Sequence record: SRR22947727_2831
Strand: one strand, 5' to 3'
DNA: 64,000 bases
The notes beneath the pieces were generated by a model. That model ran no database searches. It was not told the origin of the DNA and saw nothing but the letters and a program-made list of their open reading frames with translations. Shown piece by piece: positions 39,298-50,515 of the stretch (its first letter is position 1; every line of letters starts with the position of its first letter). A program made the translations under genes and the position numbers.

Positions 39298-40680
39298 ATG
39301 GCTGTAGATTTCCAGAGAGCGCAGGCTCTCGCGTCTCGAATTCCTTCCGACTTTGTCCTCGGATTTGCGACGTCGTCGTGGCAAATCGAAGGCTCCAGTC
39401 ACACCCGAGGGCGAAGCATCTGGGACGACTTCTCAGAAACCCCCGGCAAAGTCCTGGATGGCGCCACCGCAGACCCAGCCTGTGACCACCTGAATAACAT
39501 TCCCGGCGACCTGGACTTGATTAGGGACCTGGGAGCAAACGCGTATCGCTTCTCCTTCTCCTGGCCGCGGGTGATTCACGATGGCACCGGCAGTGTCTCT
39601 GCTTCGGGGCTCGACACGTATGACCGCATAGTGGATGGGGTCCTCGAGCGCGGGCTCACGCCATACGCCACCCTCTACCACTGGGACCTCCCCTCCGCCC
39701 TCCAAGAAAAAGGCGGCTGGTTAAACCCGGATAGCCACAAATGGTTTGCCGATTATGTGCACCTCGTCGCGGAGCACTTTGGTGACCGTGTTGACACCTT
39801 CGCCACGCTCAATGAGCCCTGGGTGTCGGCATTCTTGGGATATGCCGCGGGAATTCATGCCCCGGGCGAAAAGAATGCTGCAGCCAGCCTGGAGGTCTTT
39901 TATCGCCTCATGGTGGCCAGTGGTCACGGCATCCAGGCTCTCAAGGCTGCCGGGGTCAAGAATCCCGGTCTTGTGCTGAACCTCACCACGATCATTGCCG
40001 AGGATGACGATATCTCCGAGCAAGCTCAGCTGATTGATGGACTCCAGAACCGCATCTTCCTGGACCTTTTGGCTGGTCGAGGGCTCCCCCAGGATGTTAT
40101 TGACATGACGTCCTCCATCACAGACTGGTCCTTTGTGAGTGAATCTGGGTTGTCTGTGGCAGCGGAGCCACTCAGCTGGCTCGGAATCAACTACTACACC
40201 CCCACCAGGGTGGCCTCCAGCGGCTCCGACGCCGGCAAGATTGTCGGCCAAGGGGACAGCGTCTATCCGGGCATCAGTGGCGTGAGTTTTGTTCCGCGTA
40301 ACCCGCGCACCGCCATGGGCTGGGAGATTCATGCCCCCAGTCTCACCAGCACCCTGCTCGCGACGTCAGAGCGTCTGCCAGGAGTCCCGCTCTACGTCAC
40401 CGAGAATGGTGGGGCGTTTGATGATGTCGTGTCCGAAGATGGCATTCACGACGCGGACCGGGTGGACTACTACGACTCCCACATCCATGCAGCACTGGAT
40501 GCCAAAGAACAGGGAGCAGATCTTCGCGGTTACTTTGCGTGGTCACTCTTTGACAATTTGGAGTGGGCAGAGGGCTGGACCAAGCGGTTTGGGGTTGTGC
40601 GAGTCGATGCGGACACTCAAAAGCGGACGCCTAAAGACAGCGCGCTGTTCCTGCGCGAGGTCTATCGCAGCGTTTCCTAG
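39298..40680 (+). CDS. GH1 beta-glucosidase
   Basis: ATSSWQIEG, YRFSFSWPR, TLNEP (acid/base), VTENG (nucleophile) and WSLFDNLEWAEG motifs. Confidence 0.95.
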   Translation: MAVDFQRAQALASRIPSDFVLGFATSSWQIEGSSHTRGRSIWDDFSETPGKVLDGATADPACDHLNNIPGDLDLIRDLGANAYRFSFSWPRVIHDGTGSVSASGLDTYDRIVDGVLERGLTPYATLYHWDLPSALQEKGGWLNPDSHKWFADYVHLVAEHFGDRVDTFATLNEPWVSAFLGYAAGIHAPGEKNAAASLEVFYRLMVASGHGIQALKAAGVKNPGLVLNLTTIIAEDDDISEQAQLIDGLQNRIFLDLLAGRGLPQDVIDMTSSITDWSFVSESGLSVAAEPLSWLGINYYTPTRVASSGSDAGKIVGQGDSVYPGISGVSFVPRNPRTAMGWEIHAPSLTSTLLATSERLPGVPLYVTENGGAFDDVVSEDGIHDADRVDYYDSHIHAALDAKEQGADLRGYFAWSLFDNLEWAEGWTKRFGVVRVDADTQKRTPKDSALFLREVYRSVS

Positions 40681-41612
40681 CCCTTGACGGAACCCGCGAG
40701 CAGACCACGCACGAAATAGCGCTGCAGGGCGAAGAACACGATCAGTGGAACCACGATAGAGACGAACGCGCCAGCGGTGAGGACTTCCCAACCAGACCCT
40801 CGCGTTCCTACCATCTCCCCCAACCTGACAGTCATCGGCGCAACGCTCTTCGAGCCCGCGCCAAAGGTCAGACCGACCAACAGGTCATTCCAGACCCACA
40901 GGAACTGGAAAATCAAAAACGACGCAATAGCGGGGATGCTCAGCGGTAGGACAATTTTGCTGAACATGGTGAACCAGTTGGCTCCGTCCACGCGTCCAGC
41001 CTCAATGAGTTCGCGAGGAATTTGGCGGAGGAAGTTATGGAGCAGGAAGATTGCCAGAGGCAGGCCGAAAATGGTGTGTGCGATCCAAATGGGGATGTAG
41101 GTCCCCGTAATTCCCAGGTCTGGAATGATCGTCACGCCACCAATTACGAGCCCTTGGGAGAAAAGCTGGAGGAGAGGAACCAGCGTCAATTGCAGCGGAA
41201 CGACCTGGAGTGCGAAGATGCTGAAAAAAATGGCGTCGCGACCCTTGAAGTCGAACCACGCGAGCGCATAGGCGGCAAAAACGGCCAGGGTAATCGGGAA
41301 AATCACCGCGGGAATCGTAACAGCGAGAGAGTTGAAAAAGTACTGGAACATAGGTGGGTTCACACCGGTTCCGACAAACAAAACCTTTTCATAATTCTCA
41401 AACGACACTGAAGGGTTCACGAAGAACGTCCACCACCCGGTGGTATTGATGTCTTTCTCGGGGCGGATTGACGTCACCAGAAGGCTGAAGGTGGGGATTG
41501 TCCAGAGAACTGCAATGACGACGGCCACCGCTGAGGCCACGGGAGAGCTGAAAGCATCCTTGGCGCGCTTCTTCTGCTGCGGACTCAGCCGCAGGCGAGC
41601 TGTATCTGCCAT
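40677..41612 (-). CDS. Carbohydrate ABC transporter permease (MalG/AglG-like)
   Basis: EAA loop ELIEAGRVDGA, FLWVWNDLL and FVRGLLAGSVKG. Confidence 0.94.
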   Translation of the reverse strand: MADTARLRLSPQQKKRAKDAFSSPVASAVAVVIAVLWTIPTFSLLVTSIRPEKDINTTGWWTFFVNPSVSFENYEKVLFVGTGVNPPMFQYFFNSLAVTIPAVIFPITLAVFAAYALAWFDFKGRDAIFFSIFALQVVPLQLTLVPLLQLFSQGLVIGGVTIIPDLGITGTYIPIWIAHTIFGLPLAIFLLHNFLRQIPRELIEAGRVDGANWFTMFSKIVLPLSIPAIASFLIFQFLWVWNDLLVGLTFGAGSKSVAPMTVRLGEMVGTRGSGWEVLTAGAFVSIVVPLIVFFALQRYFVRGLLAGSVKG

Positions 41613-42598
41613 TATCGCTCCGTCCTTTCGAGTCTCAGTTGTCGCACGTTGTACCAGATGATGGGTACCACGGCGAGGAACAAAATGACCGCGAGGCTAC
41701 TGCCCTGACCGTAATTGAGCTGCCTAAACGACTGGGCATACATCTCGTTCGCAATGACGTTGGTCTGGAAATTTCCACCGGTCATCGTGCGGACAATATC
41801 GAAGACTTTGAGGGTTCCAATAGTGATGGTCGTCAAGACCACGACCACTGTCCCCCTGATCATCGGTAAGGTCACCTCACTGAAGCGACGCCAATTAGAG
41901 GCGCCATCGAGCATTGCTGCCTCCACGACTTCATCGGGGACGTTTTTCATCGCGGCAGAGAGAATAACCATCGCAAAACCGGTCTGAATCCAGACGAGGA
42001 CCGCAATTAGGAGGAACGTATTGAGTGGAGCGTTGAGCATCCAGTTCTGGCTTTCGAATCCGAACATACGCATTATGGCGTTCAGCAAGCCGATCTCAGG
42101 CTTCTTATCGTTGGGCTCGTAGTTGTACACAAACCCCCAGATAACGCTCGCTCCCACGAACGAAATGGCCATCGGCATGAAGATCAGTGACTTCACCACT
42201 GCAGCACTCTTCATTCGATCCGTCATATAGGCGATGGCGAGACCGATAAGTGTGGAGAGAATGGGAACGAATACAACCCACAAGGCCGTGTTCCGAAGCA
42301 CAATTTGAATCTCCGGAATAGTAAAGGCCCAGACATAGTTGTCGAGGCCAATAAAATTTTCGCTCCGCGCATCCATGAAGGACATCCAGATTGTCCTCAA
42401 TGCGGGGTAGATCAAACCCACCACCAGCAAAAGAATTGCTGGCCCGAGGAAGATGCCGTAGCGGAGCCATTCCTGCCAGCGCACCGACGCGCGGGAGCCG
42501 ATCAGAAAGAGTGCGTAAATTATCGCGCTAAAGGCGACAAGGGAGATGACAAGCAGGGTGAGGTTCGGGCCAATGACATCCCAGACAGATCCGCGCAT
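41612..42598 (-). CDS. Carbohydrate ABC transporter permease (MalF/AglF-like)
   Basis: GLDNY, PMAISFVGASVIW and EAAMLDGAS motifs. Confidence 0.94.
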   Translation of the reverse strand: MRGSVWDVIGPNLTLLVISLVAFSAIIYALFLIGSRASVRWQEWLRYGIFLGPAILLLVVGLIYPALRTIWMSFMDARSENFIGLDNYVWAFTIPEIQIVLRNTALWVVFVPILSTLIGLAIAYMTDRMKSAAVVKSLIFMPMAISFVGASVIWGFVYNYEPNDKKPEIGLLNAIMRMFGFESQNWMLNAPLNTFLLIAVLVWIQTGFAMVILSAAMKNVPDEVVEAAMLDGASNWRRFSEVTLPMIRGTVVVVLTTITIGTLKVFDIVRTMTGGNFQTNVIANEMYAQSFRQLNYGQGSSLAVILFLAVVPIIWYNVRQLRLERTER

Positions 42599-42644
42599 TC
42601 GTTCCGTATTCCTCCCACTTGTCTAAAAATCATCGTTGAGACTG

Positions 42645-42678
42645 GTTGGGGGCCCACTCCGGGGAGTGGACCCCCAAC
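42645..42678 (-). terminator. Hairpin between the substrate-binding-protein and permease genes (stabiliser or partial terminator)
   Basis: GTTGGGGGCCCACTCC-GG-GGAGTGGACCCCCAAC inverted repeat. Confidence 0.6.
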
Positions 42679-42702
42679 TCATGTTACGCGTTGAGCGTCA
42701 GC

Positions 42703-44088
42703 CTAGCTAGCGGGCCAAGTCGCCTCAATTGCGTCGAGGACAGCCTGGTCGGCCTTGTCCTCTGCGATCCATGCAGTCATCTCAGTCCAGAACGAACCTG
42801 CACCAACAGCACCGGGCATCAGGTCAGATGCGTCGAAGCGGAAAGTGGTGGCGTTCTGGAGGATCTCTACTGCCACCTTGTTGACGGGGTCAGCCACGTT
42901 AGCGGTGTCCAATCCGAGGTGAGGTGAGAACCATCCACCGAGAGCAGCCTTCTTGTTGTTCCAGTCTGCGCTGGACAAGTAGACCTGAACAGCCTCGACA
43001 GCAGGAGCGTCGTTGAACGAAGCAACGAACTCTCCACCACCGAGTGCGGGGCTGTCATCAGCGCTGAGGCCGGGGAAGTAGAAGGTGGAAATTCCACCCT
43101 CGACGTCAGTGTCCTCAGGGGTCACGATGGTCGCGCCGTAGTCGCCTACGAGGATTCCACCGAGGAAGGAAGCCTGACGGTGCATGGCACAGGTGCCATC
43201 AACGACGCCCGCGCCACCGGCCTGGAAGGTGGTGGTTGCAATGGCGGATACGTTACCGACGTAGTCTTCGTTCTTCAGAACGCTTCCTGCAGCTTCGAGA
43301 ACCTCAAGAACCTTGGGGTCGTTGAAGGGCATGCTGTGGTCAACCCATGTGTCATAGGTTTCGCCATCCTGGAAGCGAAGCATCAAGTCTTCCATCCAGT
43401 CTGTTGCGAGCCAACCCGTAGCAGCACCGGACTCGATACCTGCACACCATGCGTAACCGTCAAAGTCGCTTGCAGCGATTTCGTCGGACAGGGTGATCAT
43501 CTCGGCCCAGGTGGTGGGGATTGCCCAGCCGTTGTCAGCGAAGGTCTTCGGTGAGTACCACACGAAGGACTTCACGTTTGCACCGAGAGGTGCGGCGTAA
43601 AGCGTTCCGTCGACCGAACCGTAGTTCTTCCAGTCAGCGGTGTAGTTCGCGTCAACCGAAGCTACGAGAGCGTCAGAAGCGGGAACCAGGTCAGCTGAGA
43701 ACGAGCTCAGGAGGCCAGGCTGGGGGAAAATAGCGAGGTCTGGAGCGGTTCCACCGGCAACGCGAACAGCAATCTGCTCCTCGAATGCCTGGTCACCGTT
43801 CCACTCGATGGTGATACCGGTGCACTCTTCGAAGTCAACGAATGACTCCTGGAAGAGAGTGGACTCGGGCTCAACGATGGTCGTGTAGATCTCGACCGTT
43901 TCTCCCTCGTTGCCGAGGTAGTCAGCATAGGCCTCACAGCCTGCTGCGACGGAAGCTCCAGAATCGGAACCTGCGTCGGTGGTTGTTTCTCCGCTGTCTT
44001 CAGCAGCGGCACAGCCGGCAAGGGCGAGAGCAGCAACAGAAATAGTTGCAATCCCGACCATGTAGCGGCGGCGAACGAAGTGCCTCAT
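42703..44088 (-). CDS. Sugar ABC transporter substrate-binding lipoprotein (AglE-like)
   Basis: Lipobox LAGC; PQPGLL, KSFVWY, ESGAATGW, HRQASF and FDASDLMPGAVG motifs. Confidence 0.92.
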   Translation of the reverse strand: MRHFVRRRYMVGIATISVAALALAGCAAAEDSGETTTDAGSDSGASVAAGCEAYADYLGNEGETVEIYTTIVEPESTLFQESFVDFEECTGITIEWNGDQAFEEQIAVRVAGGTAPDLAIFPQPGLLSSFSADLVPASDALVASVDANYTADWKNYGSVDGTLYAAPLGANVKSFVWYSPKTFADNGWAIPTTWAEMITLSDEIAASDFDGYAWCAGIESGAATGWLATDWMEDLMLRFQDGETYDTWVDHSMPFNDPKVLEVLEAAGSVLKNEDYVGNVSAIATTTFQAGGAGVVDGTCAMHRQASFLGGILVGDYGATIVTPEDTDVEGGISTFYFPGLSADDSPALGGGEFVASFNDAPAVEAVQVYLSSADWNNKKAALGGWFSPHLGLDTANVADPVNKVAVEILQNATTFRFDASDLMPGAVGAGSFWTEMTAWIAEDKADQAVLDAIEATWPAS

Positions 44089-44173
44089 TTAGTACTCCTT
44101 ATGTATGGACAGTAAGCGCCCACGCCAACGGCAGCACCGCGTCGTGAGCTTGGCAAAACCATAACAACAAAAC

Positions 44174-44187
44174 GCCAACCGGTTCCA
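44174..44187. promoter_or_regulatory. Possible LacI-family operator upstream of the sugar ABC operon
   Basis: GCCAACCGGTTCCA with palindromic AACCGGTT core in an AT-richer intergenic region. Confidence 0.4.
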
Positions 44188-44263
44188 CTTTTCACGGTTT
44201 CTTTTCGATAACGGAACGAAATGGGACCTGTTTCAGGCCGTTTCATTGGTGAGTAGGGACATA

Positions 44264-44887
44264 TCACTCACCCGAATCGCGTGTCATTTTGAACACCTCG
44301 AGAGCGGCCGTGACGGTCTGTTCCACCTCCGTCAGGAGGGTCGACACGTCAGCTGATTCCAGCAAGTCTTGGTGGTCCAGTGTTCCCAGTGGAGCGATAC
44401 CCGCGAGTTGCCAGGCCTTCTCTACGGAATCCTCCGCCAGTTCGATATCTGTGGGCCAAGGAATGGAGAGGTCAAGCTCCAGCAAGTAGGCCAGGGTGTC
44501 TCGGACAACTCGCTCCGCCGATTCCAGGGCGCTGGGCTCGACCTCATCGCTCGGGAATTCCTCGAGGAACTCGACCTCAGCTTGCGGATAGGGGTCTTCG
44601 TCCAACCACGAGAGCACTCGAAAACGACGGTCGCCCTTGGCGACCACCTGGAGGGGCCCTTCCGGAGCTTCTATTTGCAACACCCGAGCAGTGGTACCGA
44701 GGTCAAACCTCTGGTCTCCTCCCCCGACTTCTGAGCCGCGCTCAATCAGGACAACACCAAAGACGGGTTCCTCTGCATCCAGAATCGCGCCCATCATTTT
44801 GAGGTAGCGCTCTTCAAACACCTGGAGAGCCAAAGGCATGGCCGGGAACAGCACAGAGCCCAAAGGGAACATGGGAATCACCGGCAT
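44264..44887 (-). CDS. Stand-alone LON N-terminal (substrate-binding/PUA-like) domain protein
   Basis: PMFPLGSVLFP...LQVFEERYLKM...FGVVLIERGSEVGGG; no AAA+ or protease domain. Confidence 0.88.
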   Translation of the reverse strand: MPVIPMFPLGSVLFPAMPLALQVFEERYLKMMGAILDAEEPVFGVVLIERGSEVGGGDQRFDLGTTARVLQIEAPEGPLQVVAKGDRRFRVLSWLDEDPYPQAEVEFLEEFPSDEVEPSALESAERVVRDTLAYLLELDLSIPWPTDIELAEDSVEKAWQLAGIAPLGTLDHQDLLESADVSTLLTEVEQTVTAALEVFKMTRDSGE

Positions 44888-44949
44888 ACCTAGAGCGAAC
44901 CACTCCTGCTCACCCAGACCAAATCAGGGAGAGATATTCCCAGCGAACA

Positions 44950-46023
44950 CTAGGAACTGAAACGGAACTCGACCACGTCGCCGTCTTTCATGACGTAGTC
45001 CTTGCCCTCGATGCGGGCCTTGCCCGCAGCGCGGGCCTCCTGCAGGGAGCCGGTGGCAACGAGGTCCTCAAACGAGGTCACTTCAGCCTTGATGAATCCT
45101 TTTTCAAAGTCAGTGTGGATAACACCAGCGGCCTGCGGGGCCTTCCAGCCGCGTCGAATAGTCCAGGCCCTGGCCTCTTTGGGGCCTGCCGTTAAATAGG
45201 TCTGAAGCCCCAGGGTGTCAAAGCCAATCCGGGCGAGTTGATCCAGTCCGCTCTCCTCTTGCCCGAGGGATTGCAGCAACTCCGTGGCCTCGGCCTTATC
45301 CAAGTCGATCAGTTCGCTCTCCACCTTGGCGTCCAAGAACACTGCTTTAGCAGGAGCAACGAGACCGGCGAGCTCTGCCTGCTTGGCAGGATCCGCAAGG
45401 GTTGCCTCATCCACATTGAAGACATAGAGGAAGGGTTTTGCGGTTAGCAGCCCGAGTTCCGCAATCTCGGAACCATCAAACTGGGCCTGGAACAGGGTCT
45501 TCCCGGTGTCGAGGATGGCTTTGGCCTCCTCGGCAGCGGCGAGAACACTGGGTTCCAGCTTCTTGCCCTTCACCTCTTTTTCGTAGCGGGTGATCGCTTT
45601 TTCGAGGGTTTGTAGGTCCGCGAGAATCAGCTCGGTGTTGATGGTCTCCATGTCGGCCTTAGGGTCGACCTGGCCATCAACGTGAACAACATCGGGGTCA
45701 GAGAACACCCGCACCACCTGAGCGATGGCATCCGCTTCACGAATGTTAGAGAGGAACTGGTTCCCCAAGCCTTCGCCCTCACTAGCGCCTTTGACGATTC
45801 CGGCGATGTCCACGAACGAGACCGTGGCTGGCAGGATGCGCTCACTGCCGAAGATCTCCGCCAAGGTGTCCAGGCGCTCATCGGGGAGGTTCACCACACC
45901 GACGTTGGGCTCAATGGTGGCGAAGGGGTAGTTCGCTGCCAGAACACTGTTCTTGGTCAGGGCATTGAAGAGGGTGGACTTACCAACATTGGGTAAACCG
46001 ACGATTCCGATAGTGAGAGCCAC
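44950..46023 (-). CDS. ychF: Redox-regulated ATPase YchF
   Basis: GLPNVGKSTLFN, NYPFATIEPN, DIAG and APQAAGVIHTDFEKGFI motifs. Confidence 0.97.
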   Translation of the reverse strand: MALTIGIVGLPNVGKSTLFNALTKNSVLAANYPFATIEPNVGVVNLPDERLDTLAEIFGSERILPATVSFVDIAGIVKGASEGEGLGNQFLSNIREADAIAQVVRVFSDPDVVHVDGQVDPKADMETINTELILADLQTLEKAITRYEKEVKGKKLEPSVLAAAEEAKAILDTGKTLFQAQFDGSEIAELGLLTAKPFLYVFNVDEATLADPAKQAELAGLVAPAKAVFLDAKVESELIDLDKAEATELLQSLGQEESGLDQLARIGFDTLGLQTYLTAGPKEARAWTIRRGWKAPQAAGVIHTDFEKGFIKAEVTSFEDLVATGSLQEARAAGKARIEGKDYVMKDGDVVEFRFSS

Positions 46024-46109
46024 GGCTAGGAAGCCTACTGCAGTAGAGGAGGGCAGAGCCCGAGGTGGGGAATCTGTGAAACGTCAGGGGTGGCTGGCAG
46101 ACTGTGGAC

Positions 46110-47267
46110 ATGAATGAATCGGTGTGGTTGGTCGCGATAGCTCTCGTCATGGCAGGAGCCTTGGGCTTTGTTGCCGGCTGGGTTGCAAAATCTCGCAGGG
46201 CCACCACGGGCGAAGACCACACAGCGCTCCAAGCTCAGCTGGACATGGCTCAGCGTCAATACGAGGACCTTCGCACCAAACAAGAAGCCGAGAACAAAAT
46301 CTTGCAAGCCCTGGCACCTGTGTCAGAGCGCCTTACGGATATGCAGCGCACCGTTTCGGAGCTCGAGAAGCAGCGCAATGAACAGCACGGCCAAATTAGT
46401 CAACAACTCCGCGCAGCACTGGAAAGTGATGAACTCTTGCGCGGCACCGCGGAACAACTGGCCTCAGCGCTTCGCTCGAACAGTGTTCGAGGAGTCTGGG
46501 GTGAGGTCCAGTTGCGCCGAGTGGTGGAAGCGGCAGGCCTGATCGAGCGCGTCGACTTTGACGTGCAGTCCCAGATCTCCTCGGATGCCGGCATCGGTAA
46601 GCCCGACATGGTGATTCACCTCCCGGGCGGCAAGAACATCGCGGTGGATGCCAAGGTCCCCTTCACCGCCTATCTCGAAGCCAGCAAGATTCCCTTCACT
46701 GCGACCGGTGAGGAAGCTGCCAGGCGTGAGTCGTTGTTGAAGCAGCACGTGACGGCCGTTCGTTCCCACATCGATGCACTGGGCAAGAAGTCGTACTGGG
46801 ATGGTCTTGCCGCCTCCCCTGAGCTCGTCATCTGCTTTATCCCCAGTGAAGCCTTGATCTCCACCGCCATAGAGGCTGACCCAGCTCTGATGGATTACGC
46901 GTTTAGCAAGAAGGTGGCTCTGGCTTCACCCGTGACGCTGTGGTCAGTGCTGAAGACTGTGGCGTTCTCTTGGCAGCAGGACGTCCTCACCGAGGACGCC
47001 GCCAAGCTCTTCGATGTCGGCAAGGAACTGCTGGGTCGGCTCGGCGCAATGGCTAAGCACATCGACACTCTGGGTCGCTCCATCACCAGCACCGTCAAGG
47101 GTTACAACGCGTTTGTGGGATCCCTCGAAAGCCGAGTGTTCCCGAGTGCTCGAAAGCTCACAGAGCTTGGCAATGCCGCAGACTTCCCGGATGAGCTAGA
47201 GGGAATCGAGTCCATGCCGCGTGAGCTGAGCGCACCCGAGCTGACAGAAAAACCAGAAAAGGACTAG
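46110..47267 (+). CDS. rmuC: DNA recombination protein RmuC
   Basis: N-terminal TM segment, coiled coil, RGVWGEVQL, PD...VDAKVP and FIPSE motifs. Confidence 0.93.
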   Translation: MNESVWLVAIALVMAGALGFVAGWVAKSRRATTGEDHTALQAQLDMAQRQYEDLRTKQEAENKILQALAPVSERLTDMQRTVSELEKQRNEQHGQISQQLRAALESDELLRGTAEQLASALRSNSVRGVWGEVQLRRVVEAAGLIERVDFDVQSQISSDAGIGKPDMVIHLPGGKNIAVDAKVPFTAYLEASKIPFTATGEEAARRESLLKQHVTAVRSHIDALGKKSYWDGLAASPELVICFIPSEALISTAIEADPALMDYAFSKKVALASPVTLWSVLKTVAFSWQQDVLTEDAAKLFDVGKELLGRLGAMAKHIDTLGRSITSTVKGYNAFVGSLESRVFPSARKLTELGNAADFPDELEGIESMPRELSAPELTEKPEKD

Positions 47268-48256
47268 TCGTCGAGCCACTTACTGGCTTGATGATCCGCT
47301 GACACTCGGCGCAGTGTCCCTGAGCGGGCCCGCAAGACGATGCTCTCGGTGCTAATCAGGGGACCGTTCCTGCGCACACCGCGCACCAGTTCGCCGTCGG
47401 TCACCCCGGTAGCAACAAAGAAGGTGTTGTCGCTGGAGACGAGGTCATCTAAGCCGTAGACGTGATCAAACTTCAGGCCCGCATCAATGCCCTGCTGCTT
47501 CTCGTCATCATCCGTGGGGTGTAAAACACCCTGCATGAAGCCGCCGAGTGCCTTGATCGCGCACGCGGTGGCGACACCCTCGGGGCTTCCCCCGATACCG
47601 ACACACATATCAATGCGGGTGTCGTGACGGGCCGCGTTGATACCGCTCGCCACATCACCATCGAGGATCAACCGGGTTCCGGCGCCCGCCTCCCGTATCT
47701 CTCGAATCAAATCCTCGTGGCGGGGACGGTCCAAGACGGCAATCCGCATCTCCTCGACGGGCTTGCCTTTGGCTTTCGCCAAAGCGCGGATGTTCTCCCC
47801 GATGGGTTTCTGGATGTCAACAACACCAATGCCCTCGTCGGAGGTGACGATCTTCCGCATATAGAAAACGCTGGAGGCATCGAGCATGGAGCCGCGATCC
47901 GCCACCGCAATCATCGAAATAGCGTGGGAGCGACCGGCGGCTGTGAGGGAGGTCCCGTCGATGGGATCAACGGCGATGTCGCACTTCGGTCCATTACCGG
48001 TGCCAACCTCTTCACCGTTGAAGAGCATCGGGGCATCATCTTTCTCGCCCTCACCAATCACCACCAAGCCCTGGAAGTTCACGGTGGAGAGGAATTTCCG
48101 CATTGCGTCAACGGCTGCTTGGTCAGCAGCGTTCTTGTCGCCGCGTCCAATAAAGGGTGTCGCTCGGATGGCGGCAGCCTCAGTGGCACGCACCAACTCC
48201 ATGGCGAGGTTCCGGTCAGGATGGACGAAAAGTTCTGCGGCTTCGGCACCGGACAT
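47264..48256 (-). CDS. glpX: Class II fructose-1,6-bisphosphatase
   Basis: DRNLAMELVRATEAAA, GEGEKDDAPML, DPIDGT and TGVTDG motifs. Start trimmed to ATG 48256. Confidence 0.96.
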   Translation of the reverse strand: MSGAEAAELFVHPDRNLAMELVRATEAAAIRATPFIGRGDKNAADQAAVDAMRKFLSTVNFQGLVVIGEGEKDDAPMLFNGEEVGTGNGPKCDIAVDPIDGTSLTAAGRSHAISMIAVADRGSMLDASSVFYMRKIVTSDEGIGVVDIQKPIGENIRALAKAKGKPVEEMRIAVLDRPRHEDLIREIREAGAGTRLILDGDVASGINAARHDTRIDMCVGIGGSPEGVATACAIKALGGFMQGVLHPTDDDEKQQGIDAGLKFDHVYGLDDLVSSDNTFFVATGVTDGELVRGVRRNGPLISTESIVLRARSGTLRRVSADHQASKWLDD

Positions 48257-48369
48257 GGGGAATCCTCCAGGGGATGGAGCGAACATTGTCTGCCACCAGA
48301 CTAGACCTCGAAGGCCCCCCGCCACCGGGATAAGCTGGAGGCTGCCCTGTACCCCACTGTGAGGACCAC

Positions 48370-49388
<1,019 letters not shown>

Positions 49389-49392
<4 letters not shown>

Positions 49393-50459
49393 GAGCGGTT
49401 GCGACCACCGAGCGTGGTGCGATCCACGTTGCCTTCAGCGTCCTTACGGAGCTCCTTCGGGAGAGAGAACTGAAGGTCCTCTTCTGCGGTGCGGACTTCT
49501 TCGACTTCCGTGAATCCGGCGTCGGCCAGGTCAGCGAGCGTTTGGTCCACCAGGATCTCGGGTACTGAAGCGCCTGAGGTCACCCCAATGGTCTCCACAC
49601 CCTCCAGCCATTCCTGCTTGATTTCACTGGCGTAGTCGACCCGGTAGGAGGCTTTGGCACCGTATTCCAAGGCAACCTCGACCAGGCGAACGCTGTTGGA
49701 GGAGTTCGGCGATCCGACCACAATCACGAGGTCACACTCGGGTGCAATCTTCTTGATGGCGACCTGACGGTTCTGGGTCGCGTAACAAATGTCATCGCTC
49801 GGGGGATCTTGAAGGTGGGGGAAGCGACCACGCAATCGACGAACGGTCTCCATGGTCTCGTCCACACTCAACGTGGTCTGGGACAACCAAATCAGGTTGT
49901 CGGTATCTGGGACCTCGATACGGTCCGCCTCATCCGGGTCATTGACCAGGGTGGTGTGCTCGGGAGCGTGGCCCATGGTGCCCTCAACCTCTTCGTGGCC
50001 CTCATGACCAATGAGGAGGATGTGGTAATCCTGACCGGAGAAGCGCACCGCTTCTCGGTGCACCTTCGTCACGAGAGGACACGTCGCATCGATGGCGTTC
50101 AGAGAGCGGTCCTCAGCCTCTTGAACGACCATGGGTGACACCCCGTGGGCGGAGAAGACAATGTTGGAGCCCTCGGGAACCTCGGCTACCTCATCGACGA
50201 AGATGACTCCCTTGGATTCGAGCTCCCGCACGACGTGAATGTTGTGCACAATCTGCTTGCGAACATAGACCGGTGCGCCATAGCGCTCCAGGGCCTTCTC
50301 CACGGCAATGACGGCGCGGTCCACACCCGCGCAATACCCGCGAGGGGCTGCCAAGAGAATGCGGCGGTGACCCGTCACCGAGGTGGGCTGAAGCTTGTCC
50401 CTGCGCTCGGGGATGAGGGGGGCTTCCAGTGTTGCCACACCACCATTGCTAATAGTCAC
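49389..50459 (-). CDS. ispH: 4-hydroxy-3-methylbut-2-enyl diphosphate reductase
   Basis: [32 protein letters not shown] and SSNS motifs. Confidence 0.97.
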
Positions 50460-50515
50460 GGGCTTCAGTGTAGAGGGCGCTACCGGGAAGCGGGCTGAGT
50501 GTCTTAGCCTGGGAC

